Assembly: GCA_965203295.1 (NCBI GenBank)
Contig: CBDBCZ010000019.1
Span: 896,001 to 960,000, forward strand
From: Nitrospirales bacterium
Lineage (GTDB): Bacteria; Nitrospirota; Nitrospiria; Nitrospirales; UBA8639
Length of the DNA: 64,000 nucleotides
Direction: 5' to 3'
The first letter of the stretch is position 1. Every line of letters begins with the position of its first letter. Below, in pieces: positions 28,785 to 37,919 of this stretch. Below the pieces are notes generated by a model, which saw only the letters and a list, made by a program, of their open reading frames with translations, made no database searches and was not told the origin of the DNA. Position numbers and translations under genes: made by a program.

Positions 28785-30717
28785 ATGAACCTTGTTTTGC
28801 CAGAAAAGAAGTCCAGGCTTGGCATGGATCTGCGTCGCTTTCTGAGCGACCAGAAAGTCAAAGATGATTGGGCAAGTCTTCAGGCTTACGCTGTCGATGC
28901 CAGTATGTACAAGATTGTTCCTCAGGCAATTGTTCTACCTGAGTCTGAGACAGATATCGACGCTGTGATGGAGTATGCAGTCCGGCAAGGTGTCCCCCTC
29001 ACTCCTCGTGCAGCAGGGACCAATCTGACAGGTTTTGCTCTTGGAAAGGGGATTATCCTTGATGTGTCCCGGTTGAACCGAATTCTCGAACTCAATCGTG
29101 AGGAAAAATGGGCAAGGGTCCAGCCGGGTATCGTGTTTGCAGAGCTGAACAAGCAACTTGCCTCTTCGGGACTGATGTTCGGGCCCGATCCATCCAGCGG
29201 GGATATGTGCAAGCTTGATGGAATGCTGGCCAATAATTCTTCAGGCCCCCATACGTTGCGCTATGGATCGGTGAAGGACAATGTCAAGAAGATACGAGTG
29301 CTGCTGGAAAAAGAGGGATGGGTCGAGGCGACGAAGTGCCGTTTTGATGATCCTCAATTCGAGGAGCAGTTGAGACGCTTCCCAGCCTTGCAAGCAGTTT
29401 TGGAATTGATACGCGACCATGCCGAGTTGATTCAGGCCAAGCGCCAGAAAGTCAGTAAGAATAGTGCTGGCTATAACGTCTTTGACTTGGCCGAACAGCT
29501 CACGCAACACGAATAGGATCTCCCCAAATTGTTTGTCGGCAGTGAAGGAACGATCGGAATATTTAGTGAGGCGACTATTTCGTTGGTGGCTCGGCCGCAG
29601 TCAACTGCAACAGCCTTAATCCATTTTTGTCATTTAGAAGAGGTGGGAGAATCTGTTCATCAGTTACTCCAATTGAACCCCAGTGCTTTGGAGATTATGG
29701 ATGGGAATACGCTCAATCTGATCGGGCGTGCTCAATACGATATTCCTGCTGATACCCAGGCCACGTTGTTGATTGAGTTTGATCAAGATGATGATCCAGG
29801 GCGGGGTCAGCGGCTTTTGGAGATCTGTCGGCCATTTCGCTTGTCTGTGGACCCTGTCCTTGCCTTCGATCGTGAACGTCAACAGGAATTATGGAAAGCC
29901 AGAAAAGCTCTCTATCCGACCTTGTACCGCTACAGCGCAACAAAAAAACCAATCAACTTCGTTGATGATGTGGTGGTCGCTGCAGAACGAACGAGTGAGC
30001 TAATGGCGTATTTGGAAAGAGTGTTTCATCCGCATTCTTCGTCGGAACGGCATTGAACCTGCCATGCCCCCACAACGGTGTTCAGGAACTCCAATAGAAA
30101 CGTATGGCCATCGGAGATTAGCAAAAGAAGGTGCTCGGGATAATCTGAAGAATCTAGAGCCTTTTCAGACCATCGTAACCGGTTGTACTTCCTGTACGCT
30201 GGCCTTGAAAGACTATGTCACATTGTTTGAAGGCGAACCGGAAGAAGCGACTGCGGAACGGTTGGCGGAAAAAGTTAAGCACATTTCTGAATGGGTGATG
30301 GATCATGAGCACAGACCCATTCAAAGGCCACATGAGGATGGAGCAAGCATGGCTCAGCGAGTTACCTATCATTCGTCCTGCCATTTGAGAGCCGCAGGTG
30401 TCACCAAGGCTCCTCGACAGGCCCTTGCCAGCTTGCCCGAGATTGAATTGGTAGAAATGGCGGATGCCGAGCGATGCGCTGGAGGGGCCGGCACATATAT
30501 CGTCAAGAATTATGAAACCTTTTAAAATATTTTCCGGAGAAAGGAACGGGCTATTGCTGCGAGTGGGGCTCACGTTGTGGCCACCAGTTGTCCCGCTTGC
30601 ATGATCCAATTAAAGAACGGACTGCGAGAGCGAGTCGCGGTTCGACATGTAGCCCATCTTCTCGATGCAGCTTCTGAGCCAAGAGCTGGACTGCCTCACA
30701 AAGAAGCTGGTCTCTAA
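28785..30717 (+). pseudogene. Disrupted FAD-linked oxidoreductase/CCG-domain fusion (GlcD-GlcF-like)
   Basis: FAD-binding N-part; in-frame TAG 29514-16 before DLPKLFVGSEGT; frame change and missing middle near 30025; CCG motifs YHSSCHL and RCAGGAG; in-frame TAA 30523-25 before ATSCPACMIQL; ends TAA 30717. Confidence 0.85.
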
Positions 30718-30924
30718 GAGTTTGCTTGAAAGGGGAAGAATTAGAGAAAGCGAACAGGCTTTATCTTAGAGCTTCTCTGTACAAATCGGCCGAAAGTCTT
30801 CTATGGTAGTGAGGATGGAAGCTCCAGATTCTTACGTGGTAGCTTTAAGAGGCTGTTGAAAAATTGGTTGCTCCGTGTTTTCATGGATAAACCTTGTGCC
30901 ATTGAGTTTTTTGCCAGAAGGAGG

Positions 30925-30944
30925 CACCATATGATTCCTCCCCT
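30925..30944. repeat. Dispersed repeat, copy 1
   Basis: CACCATATGATTCCTCCCCT identical to 36956-36975; both preceded by GAGTTTTTTGC. Confidence 0.7.
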
Positions 30945-31065
30945 GCAAAAGGAGGGGAATCAAGTCTGATCAGCTACAATTTTTACCCATGCTAATGAAT
31001 GTAGGATGAACCGAAAGATACATAATTTCCTAAAATTCCACATCCTTCCAAGGAGAGAATGAACT

Positions 31066-31344
31066 ATGGTGACTGTTCGAGTTTTTGGTCAAATGCTTTT
31101 GCCTTGTGTGGAAGAACCCGAAATTCAATGCGAGCTCTCTGGCCCAATAAAGGTCAGGGACTTATTGGAATCCGATTCTGATAAATTTGGTGGGTTGTTG
31201 GAGTTTCTGAAAAGTGGTCAGTTGATGATCACGGTGAACCAAAAAGTGGTCACCCTTGATTCAATCGTCAAAGACGGCGACCAAATCAAATTAACCCATC
31301 AGTACAACCCGGACCACGAAGGTGCGCTGTGGCATAATCCGTGA
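31066..31344 (+). CDS. MoaD/ThiS-like beta-grasp protein without C-terminal Gly-Gly
   Basis: MVTVRVFG...ITVNQKV..LDSIVKDGDQIKL; AGGAG RBS. Confidence 0.75.
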   Translation: MVTVRVFGQMLLPCVEEPEIQCELSGPIKVRDLLESDSDKFGGLLEFLKSGQLMITVNQKVVTLDSIVKDGDQIKLTHQYNPDHEGALWHNP

Positions 31345-31373
31345 GAACCGCCTGACTGAATGCGAACACGTCA

Positions 31374-32357
31374 TTATTCTGGTGTGCCAGCAGGAGGACC
31401 AAGAGCGGTCATTCGACGGAATTTGTCGTATCGAGCAGAAATCAGTTTTTCAATGGGGATCTTTTCAAGCTGAGTGAGGTGGGTCTCCAAAGCCTCCATG
31501 AGATTTTGAACAACAATGTCCACATTACGGTGGGCTCCACCGACTGGTTCAGTGACAATGCCATCAATGATCCCGAACTTAAGAAGTTCTTGGCTAGTCA
31601 TTCGTAAGGCTGTGGCTGCCTCCGGGGCTTTTCCCGCATCATCCCAAAGGATTGCCGCACAACCTTCCGGAGAAATCACAGAATAAATAGCCTGTTCAAG
31701 CATCAAGACACGATCTGCGACTGCCAACGCCAAGGCTCCTCCACTTCCCCCTTCCCCAATGATGACGGCGATAATCGGAATTCTGAGGCGAGACATCGTG
31801 AATAAATTTCGCGCAATAGCCTCAGACTGGCCACGTTCCTCAGCTCCCACTCCAGGGTAGGCGCCTGGGGTATCGATGAAGGTGAGAATGGGACGCCTGA
31901 ATTTCTCAGCGAGTTTCATGAGGCGGTGAGCTTTCCGGTAGCCTTCTGGATTCGCCATTCCGAAATTCCGCCGCAGTCGGTCCTTCAGCCCCTTCCCTTT
32001 TTCCTGTCCAATCACACACACAGTTCGGTTTTGAAACGTGGCCAAGCCTCCGACGATTGCCCGGTCGTCTCCGAATGTTCTGTCTCCATGCAGCTCAATA
32101 AAATCTTGGCAAAACTTCTCGATGTAGTCCGTGGAAGATGGGCGCTGGAGATGGCGAGCAATCTGCGCGCGTTGCCAGGGTGTCAGATTTCCAAATATGT
32201 CCTGTTCCAGTTGGGCATGACGGGCGCTCAAAATACGAATAAACCGTTGAACTGAGCCTTTCTGGGACTTCGATTTGGTCAGTTTCTTCAGTCGTTCTTC
32301 AATTTCTTGAAGAGGTTTTTCAAATTCTAAATATTCTCGCATTTTGTCTTTAATCAT
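31374..32357 (-). CDS. accA: Acetyl-CoA carboxylase carboxyltransferase alpha
   Basis: LEFEKPL, ELHGDR, PEGYRKA, IDTPGAYPG, GEGGSGGA. Confidence 0.97.
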   Translation of the reverse strand: MIKDKMREYLEFEKPLQEIEERLKKLTKSKSQKGSVQRFIRILSARHAQLEQDIFGNLTPWQRAQIARHLQRPSSTDYIEKFCQDFIELHGDRTFGDDRAIVGGLATFQNRTVCVIGQEKGKGLKDRLRRNFGMANPEGYRKAHRLMKLAEKFRRPILTFIDTPGAYPGVGAEERGQSEAIARNLFTMSRLRIPIIAVIIGEGGSGGALALAVADRVLMLEQAIYSVISPEGCAAILWDDAGKAPEAATALRMTSQELLKFGIIDGIVTEPVGGAHRNVDIVVQNLMEALETHLTQLEKIPIEKLISARYDKFRRMTALGPPAGTPE

Positions 32358-32369
32358 ATCGCCTGTGTT

Positions 32370-35300
32370 TCAATGAAAGGCAACTGATTCTTTTCCCAAG
32401 ATGTGTTCGACATCTGTGATTAGATCGTCACAGGGAAGAACCGTCAAATTGGGAATCGCTGAAGTGTCGGCAATGGCTCCTGAGGAGAGTTGGAATTGCA
32501 AGGAGATAGGGGCCGGACCAGGATGCCGCTTCAACACTTCTTGCAGTTTTTGAAGGTTGCCAGAAATTTCTCGTGTCTCAACCACGCGAAGGGTCACAAG
32601 TTTGACCATCTGAGCTTGTTGTTCAAGGATTGGTGCAATAGCGGTCCCTTTAATACGGCTTCCGGTGTCCATGTGATCCAGGGTTCCGGTGACATGAATG
32701 ATGCTTTCAGGTACCAAATGCTGAAGCGAGGCTTGATAGAGGTCAGGAAAGACGATGATCTCGACAAGTCCATGTAAATCTTCCAGCTGAATATACGCCA
32801 TGCGATCCCCTTTTTTCGTGGTCATGGGTTTCACAGAGCTCACGACTCCACATAGCTTGACCTTTTTTCCTTCTTGCGCCTCAGAGAGTGTGGCTGTGGA
32901 ATGGGTGGCAAGATGTTGGACAGTTTTAGCATGTCGAGTCAGGGGATGGACCGTAATATAGAAACCCGTGAGCTCCCGCTCATATTTGAGACGGAGGTCC
33001 TGACTCCATTCCGGAACCTCTAGGTAAGTCCTGGAATGAGAAGAGCCTGGGGTAGAGGATTCCGATGACTCCGGGATGGCTTCGAAAAGACTGGTTTGTC
33101 CGAGAGCCCGTTCCCGTTGGACAGCACTCGCCTCCTCAAGGGCTTGGTCCAAAACGGCGAAGAGTTGGGCCCGACTCCCTTCCATGGAATCAAATGCCCC
33201 GACTTTAATCAAACCCTCGAGCACGCGTTTATTGACTTTTTGAAGATCTATTCGGGTACAGAAATCATGAAACGAGGAAAATGGACCCCCTTCATCCCTT
33301 ATCGAGAGAATGATATCGACAGCAGCCCCACCAACGTTCTTAATTGCCGCCAGTCCAAATCTTAGACCTCCTTCTACCACAGAGAAGTTTTTTCCACTTT
33401 CGTTGACATCCGGCGGAAGAATGGGAATGTCGAGTTCCCGACATTCGGTAAAATATCCTACCATCTTGTCCGTGTTTCCCATTTCACTCGTGAGGAGAGC
33501 AGCCATGAACGCGGTCGGGTGATGGGCTTTTAAGTAGGCCGTTTGATAGGTCACGAGGGCATAGGCGGCGGAATGGGATTTATTGAATCCGTACCCGGCA
33601 AAGTATGCCATTTGATCGAAAAGTTTTTCCGCTTTCTTTTCGGAATATTTATTCCGTTTGGCTCCATCAAGAAATAAGGCCTTCTGTTGTGCCATTTCCT
33701 TGTGTTTCTTTTTTCCCATGGCCCGGCGAAGAAGGTCAGCTTGCCCCAAACTAAAACCCGCGAGACTATTGGCGATGGCCATTACCTGCTCTTGGTACAC
33801 GATCACCCCGTACGTCTCCTTTAAAATTGGTTCAAGTTCCGGTGGGTCATAGACGATTTTGGATGGATCACGTTTCCGTTTGATGAAATCATCGACCATC
33901 CCGCTCTCCAGGGGGCCAGGACGGTACAAAGCGAGGATTGCAATCAAGTCTTCAAATCCCTCGGGTTTAATCCGTACGAGCAGGTTTCGCATGCCTGAAC
34001 TTTCCAGTTGGAAGATGCCTGTCGTCCGACCTGTGGAAAGAAGGGAAAACGTTTGGGAATCGTCTGGGGGAAGCTGATTAATATCAAGGTGTCTGTCCTC
34101 AGGCTGGTTGTTGTTCACAAGAGAGACAGCATGGTTGATCATCGTCAAGGTTTTGAGACCGAGAAAATCAAACTTTACCAGACCGACCTTTTCGACATCG
34201 GTCATAGAATATTGAGTGACAATTTCGTCATTGCTTGTTTTGTAAAGGGGTACATGCTCCATTAACGGTTCTTGGGAAATCACGACTCCCGCGGCATGGG
34301 TTGACGCGTGACGAGCGAGTCCTTCAAGGGACATCGCGACGTTCATGACTTCTTGAATTTTGGGATCGGTGTTCACCAATTCATTCAAACGTGGCTCCTG
34401 AAAAAGGGCTTCCTTGAGGGTGATGTTCAGTTGCGTAGGGACGAGCTTCGCGACCCGATCAATTTCAGCGTAGGGAATATCCATGACTCGGCCGACATCT
34501 CGGATCGCGGCTTTAGCGCCAAGAGTCCCAAACGTAATGATCTGGGAAACATGATCTTCGCCGTATTTATCGATGACGTAATTGATCATTTCTCCACGAC
34601 GGTCCATACAGAAATCCATGTCAATGTCGGGCATTGTGACTCGTTCAGGATTCAGAAAGCGTTCGAAAATCAGGTTGTAGACCAGGGGATCAAGATCGGT
34701 AATATAAAGGGAATACGCGACAAGGCTGCCAGCGGCAGATCCACGACCAGGCCCGACCGGAATTCTTCGCGATCGAGCAAACTTAATAATGTCCCAGACA
34801 ATGAGAAAATACCCTGCATACCCCATCGTGGTCAGGACGGCTAATTCTTCTTTCAGTCGTTGATCATACCGTTCGCGTGGAATGGCAGATGGTCTGTTCT
34901 GCAGCCGTTCCTGAAGGCCGTCCTCCGCAAGCTTTTGAAGGTAACTCTCTCGAGAGTAGCCCTCAGGGACTTGATACTGGGGGAGATGAGAGGTGTCAAA
35001 GGACAAGTGGAGGTCACATTGCTCTGCGATCTTGCACGTATTCAACACCGCATCGGGAAGTTCTGCAAACGCCGATACCATTTCCTCCGTGGATTTGAGG
35101 TACAGTTGGTCGGTATCAAATTTCATGCGGTTGGCGTCTTTGAGGGTTTTTCCAGTCTGGAGACATAACATGACTTCGTGCGGGTACGAATCTTTTTTGG
35201 AAAGGTAGTGGCAATCGTTGGTTCCTGCCAAAAGAATACCCAGTTTTTTATGAATCTCAACTAAACCCTTATTGGCAACTCGCTGGTGATCCAATCCATT

Positions 35301-35837
35301 CGCCTGCACCTCTAAATAGTAATGGTCTTTCCCGAACAGCTCGTAGAATTCGCCAGCGGTCCGAATGGCCCCCTCCATATCGTTTTGCCCGATGAGATAG
35401 GGAACCTCGCCGCTTAAACACCCAGACAAAGCAATCAGGCCCTCGTGATACTCCTGCAGCAGCTCCTTATCCATCCTTGGTTTATAGTAAAATCCTTCCA
35501 AGTAGGCCTTGCTAGAGAGTTTGATGAGGTTCTGGTACCCCACCCGATTAGTGGCTAAAAGGATCAAGTGATAGTAGTCATTGTGGGCAAGGAGACCTTC
35601 TCGTTGCCTTCGACTTCCAGGGGCCATATAGGCCTCGCACCCAATGATTGGTTTCACGTCCTGGTCCTTCGCCTTTTGATAGAAATCAATGGCTCCAAAC
35701 ATATTCCCGTGATCCGTGATAGCGACAGCGGGTTGCTTGAATGTTCGGACTTGATTCAAAAGCGGAGTTAGTTGGTTGGCGCCGTCAAGCAAGCTGTACT
35801 GGGTGTGGAGATGAAGATGGACAAACTGGGATGCCAT
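32370..35837 (-). CDS. dnaE: DNA polymerase III alpha subunit
   Basis: FVHLHLHTQYSLLDG, GPGRGSAAGS, PDIDMDF, KFDFLGL, YGFNKSH; no intein seen. Confidence 0.98.
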   Translation of the reverse strand: MASQFVHLHLHTQYSLLDGANQLTPLLNQVRTFKQPAVAITDHGNMFGAIDFYQKAKDQDVKPIIGCEAYMAPGSRRQREGLLAHNDYYHLILLATNRVGYQNLIKLSSKAYLEGFYYKPRMDKELLQEYHEGLIALSGCLSGEVPYLIGQNDMEGAIRTAGEFYELFGKDHYYLEVQANGLDHQRVANKGLVEIHKKLGILLAGTNDCHYLSKKDSYPHEVMLCLQTGKTLKDANRMKFDTDQLYLKSTEEMVSAFAELPDAVLNTCKIAEQCDLHLSFDTSHLPQYQVPEGYSRESYLQKLAEDGLQERLQNRPSAIPRERYDQRLKEELAVLTTMGYAGYFLIVWDIIKFARSRRIPVGPGRGSAAGSLVAYSLYITDLDPLVYNLIFERFLNPERVTMPDIDMDFCMDRRGEMINYVIDKYGEDHVSQIITFGTLGAKAAIRDVGRVMDIPYAEIDRVAKLVPTQLNITLKEALFQEPRLNELVNTDPKIQEVMNVAMSLEGLARHASTHAAGVVISQEPLMEHVPLYKTSNDEIVTQYSMTDVEKVGLVKFDFLGLKTLTMINHAVSLVNNNQPEDRHLDINQLPPDDSQTFSLLSTGRTTGIFQLESSGMRNLLVRIKPEGFEDLIAILALYRPGPLESGMVDDFIKRKRDPSKIVYDPPELEPILKETYGVIVYQEQVMAIANSLAGFSLGQADLLRRAMGKKKHKEMAQQKALFLDGAKRNKYSEKKAEKLFDQMAYFAGYGFNKSHSAAYALVTYQTAYLKAHHPTAFMAALLTSEMGNTDKMVGYFTECRELDIPILPPDVNESGKNFSVVEGGLRFGLAAIKNVGGAAVDIILSIRDEGGPFSSFHDFCTRIDLQKVNKRVLEGLIKVGAFDSMEGSRAQLFAVLDQALEEASAVQRERALGQTSLFEAIPESSESSTPGSSHSRTYLEVPEWSQDLRLKYERELTGFYITVHPLTRHAKTVQHLATHSTATLSEAQEGKKVKLCGVVSSVKPMTTKKGDRMAYIQLEDLHGLVEIIVFPDLYQASLQHLVPESIIHVTGTLDHMDTGSRIKGTAIAPILEQQAQMVKLVTLRVVETREISGNLQKLQEVLKRHPGPAPISLQFQLSSGAIADTSAIPNLTVLPCDDLITDVEHILGKESVAFH

Positions 35838-36026
35838 ACGGACGGGTTCTCGACAGAAGGTTGGTTCGGAGTGAAAACGAGAGGGAGGGGATCTGAATAC
35901 TCGAGTTCCCCCCCCTCTTTACGAAAAAATTCTAAACGTCCGGTCACGATGAAGTCAACGAGTGGACTAAACGCTCGTATTCAGACACAAAAATGAAGAG
36001 CACTCTCAAGGCTTGTCGGAAAGAAG

Positions 36027-36524
36027 TTACTTTGAACCTCCCAAGCTCCGTTCATACAACAACACTTTCCAGCCATCTTCCTCAGACAGAAATTGGCCAA
36101 CAATCGGAAGCATGCCGGTTCCTGGCACCTTACCAGTTTGACCCATACTCCCGTTTTTTAAGACCCACATCATTTCACCAGGTGTTCGGTATTTGTTAAA
36201 TTTTGGATTGGTAAAGTTTCTAGGTTTAATGGGGAGAATTTTGGCAGCCCCACCATCTCCCTTCCCTTCTTTCCCATGGCAACGAAAACATGTGCCTCGT
36301 CCTAAAAAAATTTCCTTCCCTTCTTTCAAAATCTCTAGGGTAGGCTTGAATGGGGGCTTCGTGGCTTTGGCTTTTGCCAGCTCTCCTCCCGGAACGCGGG
36401 AGATCCGAATATTATACTCCCCACCTGCCTGACCATAGCCGGCTGGTGGAACGGCCCAGGCTGCCGAAATTGATAAAGCGAATATGAAGACAAAGCTGAA
36501 AACGATACCAAACTCCTTCCTCAC
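36027..36524 (-). CDS. Exported monoheme cytochrome c
   Basis: Signal peptide (AWA), CFRCH heme motif, PRNFT, distal Met in GTGML. Confidence 0.9.
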   Translation of the reverse strand: MRKEFGIVFSFVFIFALSISAAWAVPPAGYGQAGGEYNIRISRVPGGELAKAKATKPPFKPTLEILKEGKEIFLGRGTCFRCHGKEGKGDGGAAKILPIKPRNFTNPKFNKYRTPGEMMWVLKNGSMGQTGKVPGTGMLPIVGQFLSEEDGWKVLLYERSLGGSK

Positions 36525-36955
36525 GGTAGAATTTCCTTATTATTCTTAATTAAAGTGTAAAAGCTTGGTTTTGTTCTTTCAGACAATGTCTAGTGAAGTT
36601 CCCAAAAGCTAGATGAGGGGGCACTTCAGCTGCGTGTAGCAGACATTCACAACTTCATCTGACAGTGTCTGTCAACTGAAATGCAAGTTTTTACAATAAA
36701 GTAATAGTGATTATTGGCTCTTTCCCTCAACAGGGTAACTTTCTCAGTGAGACGGTCCTGCACTCTAACACCCAACCCTGGAGTGGAGCAATGGCAGGTC
36801 GGCATAACCTTGGATGAAAATTTTTCCCTATAGCCCTATACTTATAGATGGGCGAGCGTTGTGCTAGAATGAAAGCTCCAATTCTGAGAAAAAGAGGGTT
36901 CTTCCGAGTTTTCCGTGGGCAACTTTCTATAGAGGAGTTTTTTGCTAGAGAAAGC

Positions 36956-36975
36956 CACCATATGATTCCTCCCCT
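36956..36975. repeat. Dispersed repeat, copy 2
   Basis: Identical 20-mer to 30925-30944. Confidence 0.7.
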
Positions 36976-37189
36976 TTGTTAAGAGGCGCAGGCCCGAAGA
37001 GGTTACGCGGGTGAGGTAGAGCAAGAATAAGAATAGACTAGAGTTTCGACTTTCTCCTTCTTAGTTTGGAGTTTCAAGGAAGCTTAACCAAAACCACCTG
37101 AGAAACGGTTAGCCCTATAATGGATTTGCAAACCCGAAACCCTGAACTTTCTTCCCAACCTTAAACTCTAAACTATTTAGGGTGTTGCT

Positions 37190-37789
37190 ATGGCGTTCGA
37201 TGAAACTTCCCGTGCTCGATTTAATTCTGGCATGCGACGCCGTTTGGGAGAACTCCAAGCAAAAACAGAAGAGAGTCTGAACTTTGCCATCGAGACCATG
37301 ATGATGGACCGGATAGAGAACTATTTCCGGGTCGAGGAAGGTTTAACCGAGATTGATCGTATGGTAGTCCTTATCCAAGAAGAACTCGATGGTATTTGTG
37401 AGTTTACTCAGGCCCAACGGTTAGAGTCGCGATTGGAATTCATTGAAGATCGATTTGAAGATTTTGAGAGCGAGATCCGACAGCGTCCGAAACGACGGCG
37501 TCGGCGCATCAACTTGTTTAATTTTTTTAAAGCCGCCGGAGGAGGCGGGGGAGATCCCACAAGTCCAAAGGGTGAAATTCAGTCCGCCCCGGAGGCGTAT
37601 CGTGTGCTCGGGTTGGAATTTGGGAGTCCCATGACTACCGTGACCCGCGCCTTTCGGCAGAAAGCCAAAAAACTGCATCCTGATAGTCGAAATGGTGACC
37701 AAAGCTCCGAACCCGAATTGCGCCGCATTATTGAAGCCTACCAATATTTAAAAGCCGATCTGAGTATTCCTCGTACGGAAGCGCCGTAA
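37190..37789 (+). CDS. Protein with C-terminal J-domain
   Basis: AYRVLGL...AFRQKAKKLHPD...IIEAYQYL; helical acidic N-terminus. Confidence 0.85.
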   Translation: MAFDETSRARFNSGMRRRLGELQAKTEESLNFAIETMMMDRIENYFRVEEGLTEIDRMVVLIQEELDGICEFTQAQRLESRLEFIEDRFEDFESEIRQRPKRRRRRINLFNFFKAAGGGGGDPTSPKGEIQSAPEAYRVLGLEFGSPMTTVTRAFRQKAKKLHPDSRNGDQSSEPELRRIIEAYQYLKADLSIPRTEAP

Positions 37790-37919
37790 GGATTTTTCCG
37801 TTACTCAAGGTGATTGGTTTTCTCTCATCAGCCAAATCCAGTAATCCGTATCCATAAAGTTGTAAGAGATAAGGACTTAAACTCTTTTTCTGAAGGAGAG
37901 ATACGATCGGAGTAGCAGC

